Source of the DNA: Flavobacteriales bacterium | GTDB lineage: Bacteria > Bacteroidota > Bacteroidia > Flavobacteriales_F > PHOS-HE28 | Assembly: GCA_041749915.1 (NCBI GenBank) | Contig: JBGTAJ010000110.1 | Span: forward strand, 3,116-67,115 | Length of the DNA stretch: 64,000 nucleotides | Direction of reading: 5' to 3' | Shown here: one piece after another, positions 8,082 to 18,741 of the stretch | How the letters are laid out: every line of letters begins with the position of its first letter | How positions within the stretch are numbered: position 1 is the stretch's first letter | Translations under genes and position numbers: made by a program | Notes under the pieces: generated by a model | The model's input: the letters and a program-made list of their open reading frames with translations, nothing else | Told to the model about the DNA's origin: nothing | Databases searched by the model: none

Positions 8082-9119
8082 ATGGCCAAGAAAAAGACCG
8101 CAGTACGCAAGCTTACTTCCATCAAGGCCAAGGCTGCGGGAAAGGCATCACCCAAGAAGAAGGCTGTTGCCAAGGGCCGGACGGTTGTTGCCAAGAAGAG
8201 CACTCCCTCCAAGGTGAAAGCCGCCTCTGGAAAGCCCAGGACCGCGAAGGCCGGAACGCCAAAGAAAGTGAACAAGCCTGCGGCCAAGCCCACCAAAGCG
8301 GTCAAGACCGTCAAGGTTTCCGGCGTCAAGGGAAAGAAGGGCGCACCCGTGAAGAAGACCGCGGTGAGGACCGCAGTGAAAACCACCAAGGTGACCAAGG
8401 GAGCCACGAAGCCGATGACCAAAAAGGCTCCTGCCAAAGTCGCCAAGAAGACGGCCCCATCCACCAAAAAGGCCACGACCGTAGCCAAAAAAGCCGTGAA
8501 GGCGTCTGCAACGAAGGTGGCAGCACCAGTGGTGAGCAGGACCAAGGCTTCTGCCACCCCAGCGGCCACCAAGGTCCCCAAAGCAACAGCAGGCACGCCC
8601 GCAGCGGTGGCCAAGAACGGTCCGGAAGCTGGGCCCAAGCCAGCGACGAAGGCCGCCGCTCCTCCCGTGAAGGCGCCGATGCCTCCTGTCGTGGCACCGC
8701 CCAAAGCGGTTGCGAAGGTGGCCGAGGGTCCCAAACGCCCTGCCAAGGAACGGGTGCAGATCGAATTCATGGTCCGCAGTGCCCCGGCCGTCCTCTTCGA
8801 CCTGATCAGCACGCCGAGCGGGTTTTCCGAATGGTACTGCTCCGACGTGAACATGAAGGGTGACCAATACACCTTCATCTGGCCGGACGAGGAGGAATCG
8901 ACCACCATGATCGGCCGGCGCTTGGGCGAGGTGGTCCGCTTCCGTCGCAATGACGAAGAGGACGAGAACGCCTATTTCGAGTTCCGCATCCGCATCGATG
9001 CCATGACCAATGAGGTGGCCTTGATCGTCACAGACCACGCATGGCCCGATGAAGTGGAGGAGACACGGAATCTGTGGAGTTCCCAGATCGCATCACTGAT
9101 CCGCGTGTTGGGTGCCTGA
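8082..9119 (+). CDS. Lys/Ala/Pro-rich H1-like N-terminal region (~220 aa) fused to a START-like (SRPBCC/START_2) domain
   Basis: The N-terminus reads MAKKKTAVRKL...KKAVAKGRTVVAKK...AAPPVKAPMPPVVAPPKAVAK. The C-terminus, IEFMVRSAPAVLFDLISTPSGFSEWYCSDVNMKGDQYTFIWPDEEE...YFEFRIRIDAMTNEVALIVTDHA, matches the small START-like proteins of Flavobacteria as I recall them. Confidence 0.75.
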   Translation: MAKKKTAVRKLTSIKAKAAGKASPKKKAVAKGRTVVAKKSTPSKVKAASGKPRTAKAGTPKKVNKPAAKPTKAVKTVKVSGVKGKKGAPVKKTAVRTAVKTTKVTKGATKPMTKKAPAKVAKKTAPSTKKATTVAKKAVKASATKVAAPVVSRTKASATPAATKVPKATAGTPAAVAKNGPEAGPKPATKAAAPPVKAPMPPVVAPPKAVAKVAEGPKRPAKERVQIEFMVRSAPAVLFDLISTPSGFSEWYCSDVNMKGDQYTFIWPDEEESTTMIGRRLGEVVRFRRNDEEDENAYFEFRIRIDAMTNEVALIVTDHAWPDEVEETRNLWSSQIASLIRVLGA

Positions 9120-9161
9120 CCTGCACCATACCAAGCGTCCTTCCCTAGCGTTGAGCACGGC

Positions 9162-10610
9162 ATGAAGCGGTTGCACCGCATGATCATCAAGGCCTATTTG
9201 GGGCCCTTGATGGTGACCTTCGTCATCGTCCTGTTCATTCTGGTCATGCAGTTCCTGTGGAAGTATGTGGATGACCTGATGGGCAAGGGCCTGGAATGGT
9301 ATGTCCTGGTGGAACTGCTCACCTACGCAACGGCAAGCTTCGTCCCCCTGGCACTGCCTCTGGCGATCCTGTTATCCAGCATCATGACCATGGGGTCCCT
9401 GGGTGAGAACTCCGAACTGGTGCCCATGCGTTCGGCGGGACTCGGACTGGGACGGATCCTCAGCCCCCTGTTCCTCACTTCCACGGCGCTGGCCATCGGT
9501 TCCTTCTTCTTCAGCAACGACCTGTTGCCGGTGGCCAACCTGAAGTTCCGCTCGCTGTTGTGGGATGTGACGGAGAAGAAACCCACCCTCAACCTGAAGC
9601 CGGGCATCTTCTACAATGGCATCGATGGGTTCAGCATCCGTGTTCAGGACAAGGACCCGGACACCGGCATGCTCACTGATGTGCTGATCTATGACCATCG
9701 GGCAGCGTTCCAGGGTAACCGCACGGTGATCCGCGCGCAGAGCGGCACCATGCGTCGAAGCACGGACGGGCATTTCCTGGTACTGACCCTGAAGGACGGG
9801 CACTTCTACGATGAACACTCACCGGCTTCAGGCGACAAGGGCCTCTACCCCATGATGCGGGGAAGCTTCGTAGAGGATGAAGTGCGGTTCGACCTGAGCG
9901 GGCTTGGTCTGCGCCGGACGGATGAGGACCTCTTCAAGGACCACTACAAGATGATGACCATGGGGCAGCTGCAGGTCTCGGAGGACAGCCTGCTCAAGCG
10001 CATGGAGGCCCGGCGGGAGGAACAGGTGAAGCACCTGAGCAACGGTCTGCAGTTCTTCCGACCGACCACCCAGAGCACGTTGCCTCCTCCCCCGGCGCGG
10101 TCCTGGAACGCCATGCAGGCATCGCTCACACCGGAGATGCGGAACGGGCTCTACGACGTGGCCATGAACATGGTGCGCAGCGACCTGTCCCAGATCGACC
10201 GTGGGCTGGAGGAACTGCAGGGACGGCAGGAACAGGTGTCCAGGCACCGCATCGAGTGGCACCGGAAACCCATGCTGGCCATCACCTGCATCATCTTCTT
10301 CCTCATCGGCGCACCCTTGGGTGCGATCATCCGCAAGGGCGGTATGGGGCTGCCTGTGGTCTTTGCCATCGTGTTCTTCCTGATCTTCCACATCGTTTCG
10401 TTCTCCATGGAGAAACTGGTGATCGCCGGGGGCATTGAGGCCTGGCCGGGCATGTGGATCGCAAGCCTGGTACTGCTGCCGATAGGGCTGTTCCTGTCGT
10501 GGAAGGCGGCTACGGACAGTCCTCTGCTGGATGCCGATGCGTATTATCGCGGCTGGGAACGGCTGCGCTCCCTGTTCCGCCCTCGAAATGCGCATACTCC
10601 AGCTATGTAA
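9162..10610 (+). CDS. LptF/LptG family LPS export permease
   Basis: IIKAYLGPLMVTFVIVLFILVMQFLWKYVDDL, PLALPLAILLSSIMTMGSLGENSELVPMRSAGL and the C-terminal TM bundle give YjgP/YjgQ topology. Confidence 0.85.
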   Translation: MKRLHRMIIKAYLGPLMVTFVIVLFILVMQFLWKYVDDLMGKGLEWYVLVELLTYATASFVPLALPLAILLSSIMTMGSLGENSELVPMRSAGLGLGRILSPLFLTSTALAIGSFFFSNDLLPVANLKFRSLLWDVTEKKPTLNLKPGIFYNGIDGFSIRVQDKDPDTGMLTDVLIYDHRAAFQGNRTVIRAQSGTMRRSTDGHFLVLTLKDGHFYDEHSPASGDKGLYPMMRGSFVEDEVRFDLSGLGLRRTDEDLFKDHYKMMTMGQLQVSEDSLLKRMEARREEQVKHLSNGLQFFRPTTQSTLPPPPARSWNAMQASLTPEMRNGLYDVAMNMVRSDLSQIDRGLEELQGRQEQVSRHRIEWHRKPMLAITCIIFFLIGAPLGAIIRKGGMGLPVVFAIVFFLIFHIVSFSMEKLVIAGGIEAWPGMWIASLVLLPIGLFLSWKAATDSPLLDADAYYRGWERLRSLFRPRNAHTPAM

Positions 10611-11793
10611 CAAGCCTCCCTTTCCGCCCATCGATGGGGGATCGAAGGCGATGCTGACCCTTACGAAGGGGCTGCTGGGTGCTGGGCACACGGTGAAAGT
10701 GTTGTGCATCAGCACACCCAAGCAAGCGCTCGACCTCAAGGTGATCCCCGATGAACTGATTGAGGGGACGCGGATGGAGGGGATCTTCGTGGACACTTCC
10801 CTCAACATCGTGGATGCGTTCACAGACCTGATCACTGCGGACAACTACAACATCAGCCGGTTCTTCTCACCGGACATGGACATCCGGTTGATCCGGCTGT
10901 TGACGGAGGAGACCTTCGACATCGTGCAGCTCGAAAGCCTGTTCATGACGCCGTACATCCCCACCCTGCGGCGCTACTCCAAGGCCCGCATCGTGCTGCG
11001 CTCGCACAACCTGGAGCATGTCATCCAGCAGCGCATCGCCATCGGCGAACGCAATTTCCTCAAGCGCCCCTACCGTCAATTCCTCGCCAAACAATTGGAG
11101 CGGTATGAGATGGACGTGCTGGACCGGGTGGACGGCGTGGCCGCCATCAGCCCGGCCGATGCAGAGCATTTTCTCGGCCACGGGAGCAGCACACCCATCG
11201 TGCCCATTCCCTTTGGCGTGAACCTCAAGGACTATCCTGTTCCAGAGGAGAAGGTCGGTGCGGCACCGGTGTTCTTCCATCTCGGAAGCATGGATTGGCA
11301 ACCCAATGAGGAAGGGATCCGCTGGCTGTTGAACTCGGTGTGGCCCCGGGTGATGAAGAAAAGGCCCCAGGCCCGACTGGACCTCGCCGGGAACAAGATG
11401 CCCAAGGACCTGGTCGACCTGGAACTTCAGGGTGTAACGATAAAGGGGCGCGTGCGGGATGCCGTGGTCTACATGCAGAAGCGTCAAGTGATGCTCGTGC
11501 CCCTGTTCTCTGCGGGAGGCATGCGGGTGAAGATCATCGAAGGCATGGCCATGGGGCGTACCATCATCAGCACACCCATCGGTGCGGAAGGCATCAATTA
11601 TACGGATGGCAAGGACCTGTTGCTGGCCCGTACCGCGACCGAGTTCGTGGAACGCATCGTGGGGCTGATCGACCGACCTGAAAGCGCCCGCGCCATCGGA
11701 TCGGCCGCCCACAGCTTGGTCAAGGAGCAGTATGCCGAAGAAGCCATCGCCCGCGACCTGATCGCATTCTATCAGCGCCTTCTGGGAAAATGA
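10588..11793 (+). CDS. glycosyltransferase family 4 (GT-B)
   Basis: MRILQLCNKPPFPPIDGGSKAM, and a C-terminal GT1 core (LVPLFSAGGMRVKIIEGMAMGRTIIST) containing the EX7E-like motif. It overlaps the lptF/G end by 23 nt. Confidence 0.8.
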   Translation: MRILQLCNKPPFPPIDGGSKAMLTLTKGLLGAGHTVKVLCISTPKQALDLKVIPDELIEGTRMEGIFVDTSLNIVDAFTDLITADNYNISRFFSPDMDIRLIRLLTEETFDIVQLESLFMTPYIPTLRRYSKARIVLRSHNLEHVIQQRIAIGERNFLKRPYRQFLAKQLERYEMDVLDRVDGVAAISPADAEHFLGHGSSTPIVPIPFGVNLKDYPVPEEKVGAAPVFFHLGSMDWQPNEEGIRWLLNSVWPRVMKKRPQARLDLAGNKMPKDLVDLELQGVTIKGRVRDAVVYMQKRQVMLVPLFSAGGMRVKIIEGMAMGRTIISTPIGAEGINYTDGKDLLLARTATEFVERIVGLIDRPESARAIGSAAHSLVKEQYAEEAIARDLIAFYQRLLGK

Positions 11794-12977
11794 GGTTGAT
11801 GGTCATTCTTTCCCGGGTACCCTATCCGTTGGAGAAGGGGGACAAACTGCGTGCTTACCACTTGGTGAAGCGACTCGCACGCAAGCACGAGATCTACCTG
11901 TTCTGCCTGAGCGATGGGCCAACGGCCCAAGAGCATCTGGATCACCTGCACCAGTTCTGCGCCCACATCGAGGTGGTCCGGATCGAGCGGTGGAGGATCG
12001 TCCTGAAACTGTTCTCCGCCATCTTCTCCCGGCTGCCGTTCCAGGTGGCCTATTTCCATCACCGAAAGGCGCAACGACGGATCGACGCTGCCCTTGAGCA
12101 GTTCAGGCCGGAGCACATCCTCTGTCAGTTGGTGCGCACCACGGAATACGTGCGTGATGTGCACACGGTCCCCAAGACCCTGGACTACATGGATACCCTG
12201 TCGAAAGGTTTGGAACGACGCAGTGAAATGGCCCCCGCGCTGCTTGCTCCATTGTTCCGCGCCGAGACCCGCCGTCTGATCCGGTACGAGAACCTGATGC
12301 TCGACCTCTTCGACCATAGCGTGATCATCAGCGCACAGGACCGCGAATACATCTACCATCCGCGCCGCGATCGCATCGCCGTGATCCCGAACGGTGTGGA
12401 CACCGAACATTTCACACCCCGGCAGGGAAGGCAGGACCATGATATCGTGTTCACCGGTAACATGAACTACCCGCCCAACATCGACAGCGCACTTTACCTG
12501 GCCCAACAGATCATGCCGCTGGTGAGGCGTACGCGACCGAACACCACCCTGCTCATCAGTGGCGTGGCACCAAGCCCCAGCGTGCGTGAACTTGGAAGGA
12601 CGGATCCCTTGATCCACGTGAGCGGCTGGGTGAAGGATATCCGGGAGTCCTATGCCGCTGCGCGCCTGTTCGTCGCACCGATGCAGATCGGCACCGGCCT
12701 GCAGAACAAGCTTCTGGAGGCCATGGCCATGCGGATCCCATGCATCACTTCAACCCTGGCCAACAACGCCGTGGGAGCAACCCCGGGTGATGCGATCCTG
12801 GTCGGCAACTCACCCGAGGAATATGCAGCCCACATCCTGCACCTGTTGGACGATCCAGCGGAACGGAAGCGCATCGCCGAGAACGGCTACCAGTTCATCC
12901 GAAACCAGTTCGATTGGGACAACGCTGCGGAAAAGCTGGACCGGATGATCAGCCCGGAAGCGCAGCCGACGGCCTGA
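11790..12977 (+). CDS. glycosyltransferase family 4 (GT-B)
   Basis: MRLMVILSRVPYPLEKGDKLRAYH..., VAPMQIGTGLQNKLLEAMAMRIPCITS. The ATGA start overlaps the preceding GT4 stop. Confidence 0.8.
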   Translation: MRLMVILSRVPYPLEKGDKLRAYHLVKRLARKHEIYLFCLSDGPTAQEHLDHLHQFCAHIEVVRIERWRIVLKLFSAIFSRLPFQVAYFHHRKAQRRIDAALEQFRPEHILCQLVRTTEYVRDVHTVPKTLDYMDTLSKGLERRSEMAPALLAPLFRAETRRLIRYENLMLDLFDHSVIISAQDREYIYHPRRDRIAVIPNGVDTEHFTPRQGRQDHDIVFTGNMNYPPNIDSALYLAQQIMPLVRRTRPNTTLLISGVAPSPSVRELGRTDPLIHVSGWVKDIRESYAAARLFVAPMQIGTGLQNKLLEAMAMRIPCITSTLANNAVGATPGDAILVGNSPEEYAAHILHLLDDPAERKRIAENGYQFIRNQFDWDNAAEKLDRMISPEAQPTA

Positions 12978-12995
12978 AGGCCCCTGTGGCTTGTG

Positions 12996-13003
12996 TACCT
13001 TTG
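12996..13003 (+). promoter_or_regulatory. candidate -7 box TACCTTTG upstream of ribBA
   Basis: Exact TAnnTTTG lies 38 nt upstream of the ATG and is followed by GC-rich CGCCGCC. No -33 element was found. Confidence 0.35.
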
Positions 13004-13040
13004 CGCCGCCGTTCACGCGGCCCATCCATCCATTGCAAGC

Positions 13041-14267
13041 ATGAGCAGCAAATTGAACCGTGTCGAGGAAGCCATTGAGGATATCCGCCAGGGAAAGGTG
13101 GTGATCGTGGTGGATGATGAGGACCGCGAGAACGAGGGCGACTTCGTGACGGCAGCGAGAAATGCGACCCCCGAGGTCATCAACTTCATGGCCAAACATG
13201 GCCGCGGATTGATCTGCGCCCCCCTTACCGAAGACCACTGCAATGCCCTCGGCCTGGAGCTGATGGTGCGCGACAACACGGCACTCCACGAAACGCCGTT
13301 CACGGTAAGCGTGGACCTGAAAGGCCGTGGCACCACCACAGGCATCAGCGCTGCGGACCGATCCAAGACCATGCTGGCGTTGATCGACCCGGCCACAAAG
13401 GCCGAGGACCTTGCCCGGCCGGGACACATCTTCCCCCTGAAGGCCCGCAATGGCGGAGTGCTCCGGCGCACCGGGCATACCGAGGCCGCCGTGGACCTCG
13501 CGCGTCTCGCAGGGATGGAGCCGGCCGGCTGCATCGTGGAGATCCTCAACGACGATGGCACCATGGCGCGCCTGCCCGAACTGTTGGAGATCGCCAGCCG
13601 CTTTGACCTGAAAGTGATCAGCATCGAGGACCTCGTGGCCTACCGCATGCGCACAGAGCGCATCATCGAGCGCCAGGTGGACATCAAGCTGCCGACCACC
13701 TTCGGTGATTTCGACCTCGTGGCCTACCGCCAGACCACCACGGGCGAGGATCACCTTGCCCTGATCAAGGGGACCTGGGACGATGGTGAACCCGTCCTGG
13801 TGCGTGTGCACTCCTCCTGCCTCACCGGTGACATCTTCGGATCATGCCGCTGTGACTGTGGCCCCCAGCTGCACCGGTCGATGGAGATGATCGAGGCTGC
13901 GGGTAAAGGCGTCATCGTGTACATGCAACAGGAAGGTCGCGGCATCGGGCTGATGAACAAGCTCAAGGCCTACAAGCTCCAGGAACAGGGTGCCGACACG
14001 GTGGAGGCGAACCTGATGCTGGGCTTTGGGATGGACACGCGCGACTATGGCGTCGGTGCCCAGATACTGCATGACCTTGGCGTTCGGAAGATGCGGCTGA
14101 TGACCAACAACCCGAAGAAGCGGACGGGGCTCGTGGGCTACGGCCTGGAGATCGTGGAGAACGTCCCCATCGAGATCGTGGCGAACAAGCATAACCAGCG
14201 CTACCTGCGCACCAAGAAGGAGAAGATGGGGCACAGCCTCAGCCTGGGGGACCCTGAAGGGGCCTGA
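13041..14267 (+). CDS. ribBA: bifunctional 3,4-dihydroxy-2-butanone-4-phosphate synthase / GTP cyclohydrolase II
   Basis: [17 protein letters not shown] and [16 protein letters not shown] are RibB motifs. [21 protein letters not shown] and [14 protein letters not shown] are RibA motifs. Confidence 0.93.
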   Translation: MSSKLNRVEEAIEDIRQGKVVIVVDDEDRENEGDFVTAARNATPEVINFMAKHGRGLICAPLTEDHCNALGLELMVRDNTALHETPFTVSVDLKGRGTTTGISAADRSKTMLALIDPATKAEDLARPGHIFPLKARNGGVLRRTGHTEAAVDLARLAGMEPAGCIVEILNDDGTMARLPELLEIASRFDLKVISIEDLVAYRMRTERIIERQVDIKLPTTFGDFDLVAYRQTTTGEDHLALIKGTWDDGEPVLVRVHSSCLTGDIFGSCRCDCGPQLHRSMEMIEAAGKGVIVYMQQEGRGIGLMNKLKAYKLQEQGADTVEANLMLGFGMDTRDYGVGAQILHDLGVRKMRLMTNNPKKRTGLVGYGLEIVENVPIEIVANKHNQRYLRTKKEKMGHSLSLGDPEGA

Positions 14268-14280
14268 GGACGAACTCCGA

Positions 14281-17200
14281 TCAGGGTGCTTTCCGGCCGA
14301 TCCTGAACAAGCGCCAGAAGCGATCGGCCTCCCTCCGGAAAGCCAGTCCCACACCTTGTGTGGTCAAGGCTTGATCGGTGAGGTTCAGGTTGCGATCGTT
14401 GCTGACGCTGAAGACCTTCAAGCGCAGCTTGCCGTCGTCGGTCATCAGGTATTCCAACTGGAAATCACCCACCAATGAATTGGCACTTTGCGCAGAGCGC
14501 GTTCCGTACTGTACGCCCACGTTGGTGCTCAGTAGAAGGCGCTCATCGAAGAGCTGCGTGCTTACAGCGACCTCCAGTTCGTCCTGCGTGATGTTGTCGC
14601 CCGGGCGATAATTCACCCCCAGGTCGAAGCCTGAACTGAGCTGCGACAGCCAGTTGCTGAGCTGGTTGCTCATGAGCTCGAAGCCCGTGGTGCCCGCCAC
14701 ATTCCCGCCCGCAGTGGGCGTACCTGCACCGGCATAGGATGGCGGTGGCAGGAAGCGGTTCAGTACGATCAGCGCGAATACCTGTCGGTTCATCTCCTGC
14801 TCGGTGCTCAGCACGCTGGCCACTTGCGCCTTCAGGCTTTCATCCACGGTGGGCAGCCGCACCTCGAAGTTGATCTCCGGGTTCAACAATCGGTCGCGCA
14901 GGTTCATCACCACTTCCACTGGCACACGCTTCCGGTAGGCCTCGGTGCGTTCGGATGGCGGCACCATGTCATACAGGGGCGCCCGCAGCTTGTAGATCCC
15001 GCGGAGTCCCAATTGGGCATCAAAGGGATCCCCGAACCACGTCACCGTCCCTCCCGGCTCTACTTGGAATCGCTTGTTCACCACGTTCCTAAGGGTGAAG
15101 AGATAATCGCCCTGCGTCAGTTCCACCTGACCACGCATCGCAAAGGCTCCGTTGCGGTCCACTGTCATCTCCATGTTGCCCTGCCCACTGCCGGACATGA
15201 TGTCGCCCACGGTGGGGTCGAAGATGAGCTCGAAGCGCGCGTCAGGTGTCACCTCCACATTGAGGTCGAGCACCACACCGGTCAGGTCCACGTCACCCGT
15301 GGCATCTGTCGTGTCACCCGTTGATGTGAATCGCACAAAACTGATCGCCGAGACCTCTGTGCTTCCTCCGACAGGGAAGTGAATGTCCGTGCCCGGTGCC
15401 GTTAGTGCATCCACCACCACTTCCAGGGAGCCCTCCTGCCCGCTCACTTCAACGGTCCCCGTGGCATAGGCCTTGCCGTAATAGAGGTCGTTCTCGGCCA
15501 CCGAGGTGTTCATGACCATGAACCGGTCCATATCCCCCCATACGTTGTAGTTCCATCTGCTCAGTCCTTGGTGCAGGATGGTCCCGCCCAATTTCGCGGT
15601 GTGGCCCTCCTCATCACGCACGGTCACCAGGTCGAGCGCGAACATGTCAGGCCTGACCTGTACTTTGTGCGAGAAGGTGTACAGTACGTTGAGGTAGTCG
15701 ATACGGATACCGGCGTCAACGAGGTCCAGTTCGCCGTTCACCTGTGGTTCCTGCAGCGCACCGGTCACCGCGAGGGTACCGGTCACGGTACCTTGGATGT
15801 CGCTCACGCCCTCCGGCAGATAGGGGTCGATGAAGGTGAGGTCGAGTCGGTCCATGATCAGGTCCACATCCAACAACTGCTCCCTCCCCAACGTCAGCTC
15901 ACCATCAAAGTCGAGCGCCTTGATGGGGCCACGCGTCAGGTTACCTGAAAGGTTCAGCACATCCCGATCATCCGCCCAACTCGCGGCAAAGCGGATATCC
16001 CCCACGGGATGGTCCTGCACCGCGAGGGAGTCGATCTGCAGTTCACTCACCAGATAGGGCGTTCCGTAGAGCGCATGAACGCTGCCGACACCGCCCAAAA
16101 CGCCGGTGATGAGCGGTCCGCCCAGATAGGGCGTGATGTTCTCCAATGCAACATTCTCGAGCTCGAAATGCAACGCTTTCTCCGGGTCCTTGTTGATATG
16201 TCCGGACAGCGAGATCCGTTGATCCTCGTTCAGAAGGATCAGCGTATCGACCTCGACCGAATCCCCTTTGACGGAGAAATGGGCCACCCGCGGATTCGTC
16301 CAATCCCCGCGGCCCAACAGAAGTTTGGACGGGAGAAGATCAAGCGATACGTCGTTGACCCCGTTCACAAGGCCCTGAACGTCCAGGTCACCACTGGTGC
16401 CGCTTGCACTGTTCTCCCAGCCCACGCTCAGCTCCAGTTCATCCTGGTAGGCCTTGCCGGTGAAGGCACTACCGGCGATCCACGTGCTGTCACCGATGGA
16501 TTGTCGGTCGCTACGCAATGAAAATGCCAGCACGTCCAATGCCTTTTCCATCACGATCCGGGTATTTTCGGCCCTGAAACTCCCGTAGTGAAGTTCAGGA
16601 ATGTCGGCGATGAACTCGAGGTCGAAGCGGCGGCTGTCCAATGACCCTTCGAAGATGGTGCCCGGTGCAAGGCGCAGCTCTGGAACGAACACACCCAGCA
16701 GCTCATCCGGATCCCTCAGCGTGATCTTGAACCAGAGCTCCTGCGGTTCGTGCGTGTAGTTCACCTCATCGGCCAATGCCGGGAACACACTGTAAACCAT
16801 GTTGGTCAACAGGTCAGGGATCCGTGTGGGCAGGAAGGACCCACGCACTTCGGCTTCCAGACCAGTGGCATCAACCAGCAACACATCCTGCCCTCCGACC
16901 CGGTCACTTTCAACTTGAATGGATCCCAGGTCATGGTCCCCCTGGTCATCGCAATACGTGATCTCGGAAGCTATCAGGCTACCCTTCAGACTGTCCGGCG
17001 AGAGCCGGCCCTTTGCCTGGACCAATCCACTGACGGACTGGTAACCGGAGCGGGGAGCCATTCCCAGAGCTCCCAGGTTCCCATGCTTCAAGTCCGCGGT
17101 GAAGTCCACGATCGGCCAGCGGCCCCTGAGGTCCGCAAGGCCTTTGAAATCAAGGACCAGGTTGTCATCCACCACTTGCAGTTCACCATTGAACAGGTCT

Positions 17201-18687
17201 TTCTCCAGCGTACCCTTGGTGGTGATGTTCGTAATGGTCCTGCCATTCACTGTCAGGAATGGGATCTGTCCATCAAGATCGGCCTTGACCTGTTTGAAGG
17301 TGCGCCCCGAGGCTTCCACCCTGAGCTTCGCGGCCATGTTCCCCACTGAAGCGGTGCCCAGCAACCTGCCCAGGTCAAAGCCTTCCGTGGCGAGCCTTCC
17401 CGAAAGCCTGAACCGGTCACTGATGGTATCGCGTTCGTAGGAGAGGTCGGTGAGCAACCTGCCCAGGTCGGAGCGAAGGTCACCGAAGGCGGTGAAGGCA
17501 TGTAAAAATCCGGTGAAATTGCCGTCGAAGCGGATCGGACCGAAGGAAGCGATCTCCTCAGGCAGTTCCAGGCGGACGCCAGAAATGAACGGTGGCGCCG
17601 GCAACGCTGAAAGGTCCGCAGGGTCGGTCGCCAGGTCGGCGATATCCACCAACAGGAAGGTATTGTCAATGTCCGGCAACCCGCTCAGTTCGGCGTTGCC
17701 CCGGAAATAGGACCGCTCTCCGAAATTGATGCGAAGGTCCCTTCCTTTAAGCTCCGCTATGGTGCCACGTACGCGACCGGAGATGGTGATGGGCAGCCGC
17801 ACACCTTGAAGCTCAGGAGCGAAATAGGCCACATCGGCGAAGTCCAGCAGAGAACTGTCCAATTGCATGCGCCACCGCACCAATTGAGTGAACTCATCGT
17901 GATCCGACCAGCTCTCGGTGAGCAGTTCCAGGTCGCCGACGAGTTCACTCTGTGAGGTGCGCAGCAACATATCCGTGATGCGGATCCCCGAGGGAGCGAC
18001 CTGGGCGAGACCGCTCAACCGCTCCAAGCTCAGGCCGCTCTTTTCCCGGAACCGGAACTGATGGAACTGCGCCGTGATGGAATCGCCGATCACATCCAGA
18101 CCCGTTCCCACCACGGTCACCTGGCTCAGGTCGATGTGGTCCATATCCACCCCGAAAGGGATCGGCTCTTCATGCTCATCGTGAAAGGAGAAGTGCACAT
18201 CGCGCAGGTCGAAACGGGCGCAGCGGATCCGCCAATCCGGCTGATCACTGCTGGTTGTGTCCGAGCCCAGTTGATCCAGCAAGGTGGTCAGGTTGCTGTG
18301 CTCCGCGCCAACGGAGCGGTTCAGTTTGAAGCGCAGGCGATCGACCTCCAGAGCGGACACACGGATGGTGTGGTTGGCCGAATGGATGCGCGGGCGCAGG
18401 ACACGGATGGAAGCGATATGGAACAGCGTGTCCCCCTGCAGATCGCCGATGAACACTTCCTTCAAAGTCACCGGCCCGAACGGTTCCACGGTGAACCGGC
18501 CGATGTGCACCTCCACCCCCAAGCGCTCTGACGCGTAATTCGCCAAATGGGCCGCCACAAAGGTCTGTACGCGAGGCACCAGGAGCAGGGCCATCATCCC
18601 GACGAGCAGGAATACCATGGCGGCCAGCAGCCTGCCGCTCCAGCGCAGCAGTCGTTTCAACCAGTGATATTTCGGCGTATCGGCCAC
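14281..18687 (-). CDS. tamB: translocation and assembly module protein TamB (DUF490 C-terminus)
   Basis: The protein is 1468 aa with a single N-terminal TM anchor (LLAAMVFLLVGMMALLLV) and a long beta-rich body. The C-terminus is DUF490-like (...GDFQLEYLMTDDGKLRLKVFS...). The start is GTG and the gene is divergent from tsaD. Confidence 0.85.
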   Translation of the reverse strand: MADTPKYHWLKRLLRWSGRLLAAMVFLLVGMMALLLVPRVQTFVAAHLANYASERLGVEVHIGRFTVEPFGPVTLKEVFIGDLQGDTLFHIASIRVLRPRIHSANHTIRVSALEVDRLRFKLNRSVGAEHSNLTTLLDQLGSDTTSSDQPDWRIRCARFDLRDVHFSFHDEHEEPIPFGVDMDHIDLSQVTVVGTGLDVIGDSITAQFHQFRFREKSGLSLERLSGLAQVAPSGIRITDMLLRTSQSELVGDLELLTESWSDHDEFTQLVRWRMQLDSSLLDFADVAYFAPELQGVRLPITISGRVRGTIAELKGRDLRINFGERSYFRGNAELSGLPDIDNTFLLVDIADLATDPADLSALPAPPFISGVRLELPEEIASFGPIRFDGNFTGFLHAFTAFGDLRSDLGRLLTDLSYERDTISDRFRLSGRLATEGFDLGRLLGTASVGNMAAKLRVEASGRTFKQVKADLDGQIPFLTVNGRTITNITTKGTLEKDLFNGELQVVDDNLVLDFKGLADLRGRWPIVDFTADLKHGNLGALGMAPRSGYQSVSGLVQAKGRLSPDSLKGSLIASEITYCDDQGDHDLGSIQVESDRVGGQDVLLVDATGLEAEVRGSFLPTRIPDLLTNMVYSVFPALADEVNYTHEPQELWFKITLRDPDELLGVFVPELRLAPGTIFEGSLDSRRFDLEFIADIPELHYGSFRAENTRIVMEKALDVLAFSLRSDRQSIGDSTWIAGSAFTGKAYQDELELSVGWENSASGTSGDLDVQGLVNGVNDVSLDLLPSKLLLGRGDWTNPRVAHFSVKGDSVEVDTLILLNEDQRISLSGHINKDPEKALHFELENVALENITPYLGGPLITGVLGGVGSVHALYGTPYLVSELQIDSLAVQDHPVGDIRFAASWADDRDVLNLSGNLTRGPIKALDFDGELTLGREQLLDVDLIMDRLDLTFIDPYLPEGVSDIQGTVTGTLAVTGALQEPQVNGELDLVDAGIRIDYLNVLYTFSHKVQVRPDMFALDLVTVRDEEGHTAKLGGTILHQGLSRWNYNVWGDMDRFMVMNTSVAENDLYYGKAYATGTVEVSGQEGSLEVVVDALTAPGTDIHFPVGGSTEVSAISFVRFTSTGDTTDATGDVDLTGVVLDLNVEVTPDARFELIFDPTVGDIMSGSGQGNMEMTVDRNGAFAMRGQVELTQGDYLFTLRNVVNKRFQVEPGGTVTWFGDPFDAQLGLRGIYKLRAPLYDMVPPSERTEAYRKRVPVEVVMNLRDRLLNPEINFEVRLPTVDESLKAQVASVLSTEQEMNRQVFALIVLNRFLPPPSYAGAGTPTAGGNVAGTTGFELMSNQLSNWLSQLSSGFDLGVNYRPGDNITQDELEVAVSTQLFDERLLLSTNVGVQYGTRSAQSANSLVGDFQLEYLMTDDGKLRLKVFSVSNDRNLNLTDQALTTQGVGLAFRREADRFWRLFRIGRKAP

Positions 18688-18697
18688 GGGGGCTCAG

Positions 18698-18705
18698 TAG
18701 CTTTG
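18698..18705 (+). promoter_or_regulatory. candidate -7 box TAGCTTTG for tsaD
   Basis: Exact TAnnTTTG lies 57 nt upstream of the tsaD ATG. Confidence 0.35.
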
Positions 18706-18741
18706 GCAGCGCATCCATGCAAGGAACGCGCCCAAAACCCT

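Noticed and set aside
7976-9038. Three long ORFs (7976-8863 +, 8072-8950 -, 8148-9038 -) overlapping the K/A-rich gene
   Set aside because: They are alternative frames of a low-complexity GC-rich repeat-like region. Only frame 8082-9119 ends in a recognisable folded domain (START-like) and begins with a clean ATG after an intergenic gap.
12978-13040. Expected FMN riboswitch upstream of ribBA
   Set aside because: The intergenic gap is only 63 nt and lacks the conserved RFN core, so there is no room for an ~140-nt aptamer.
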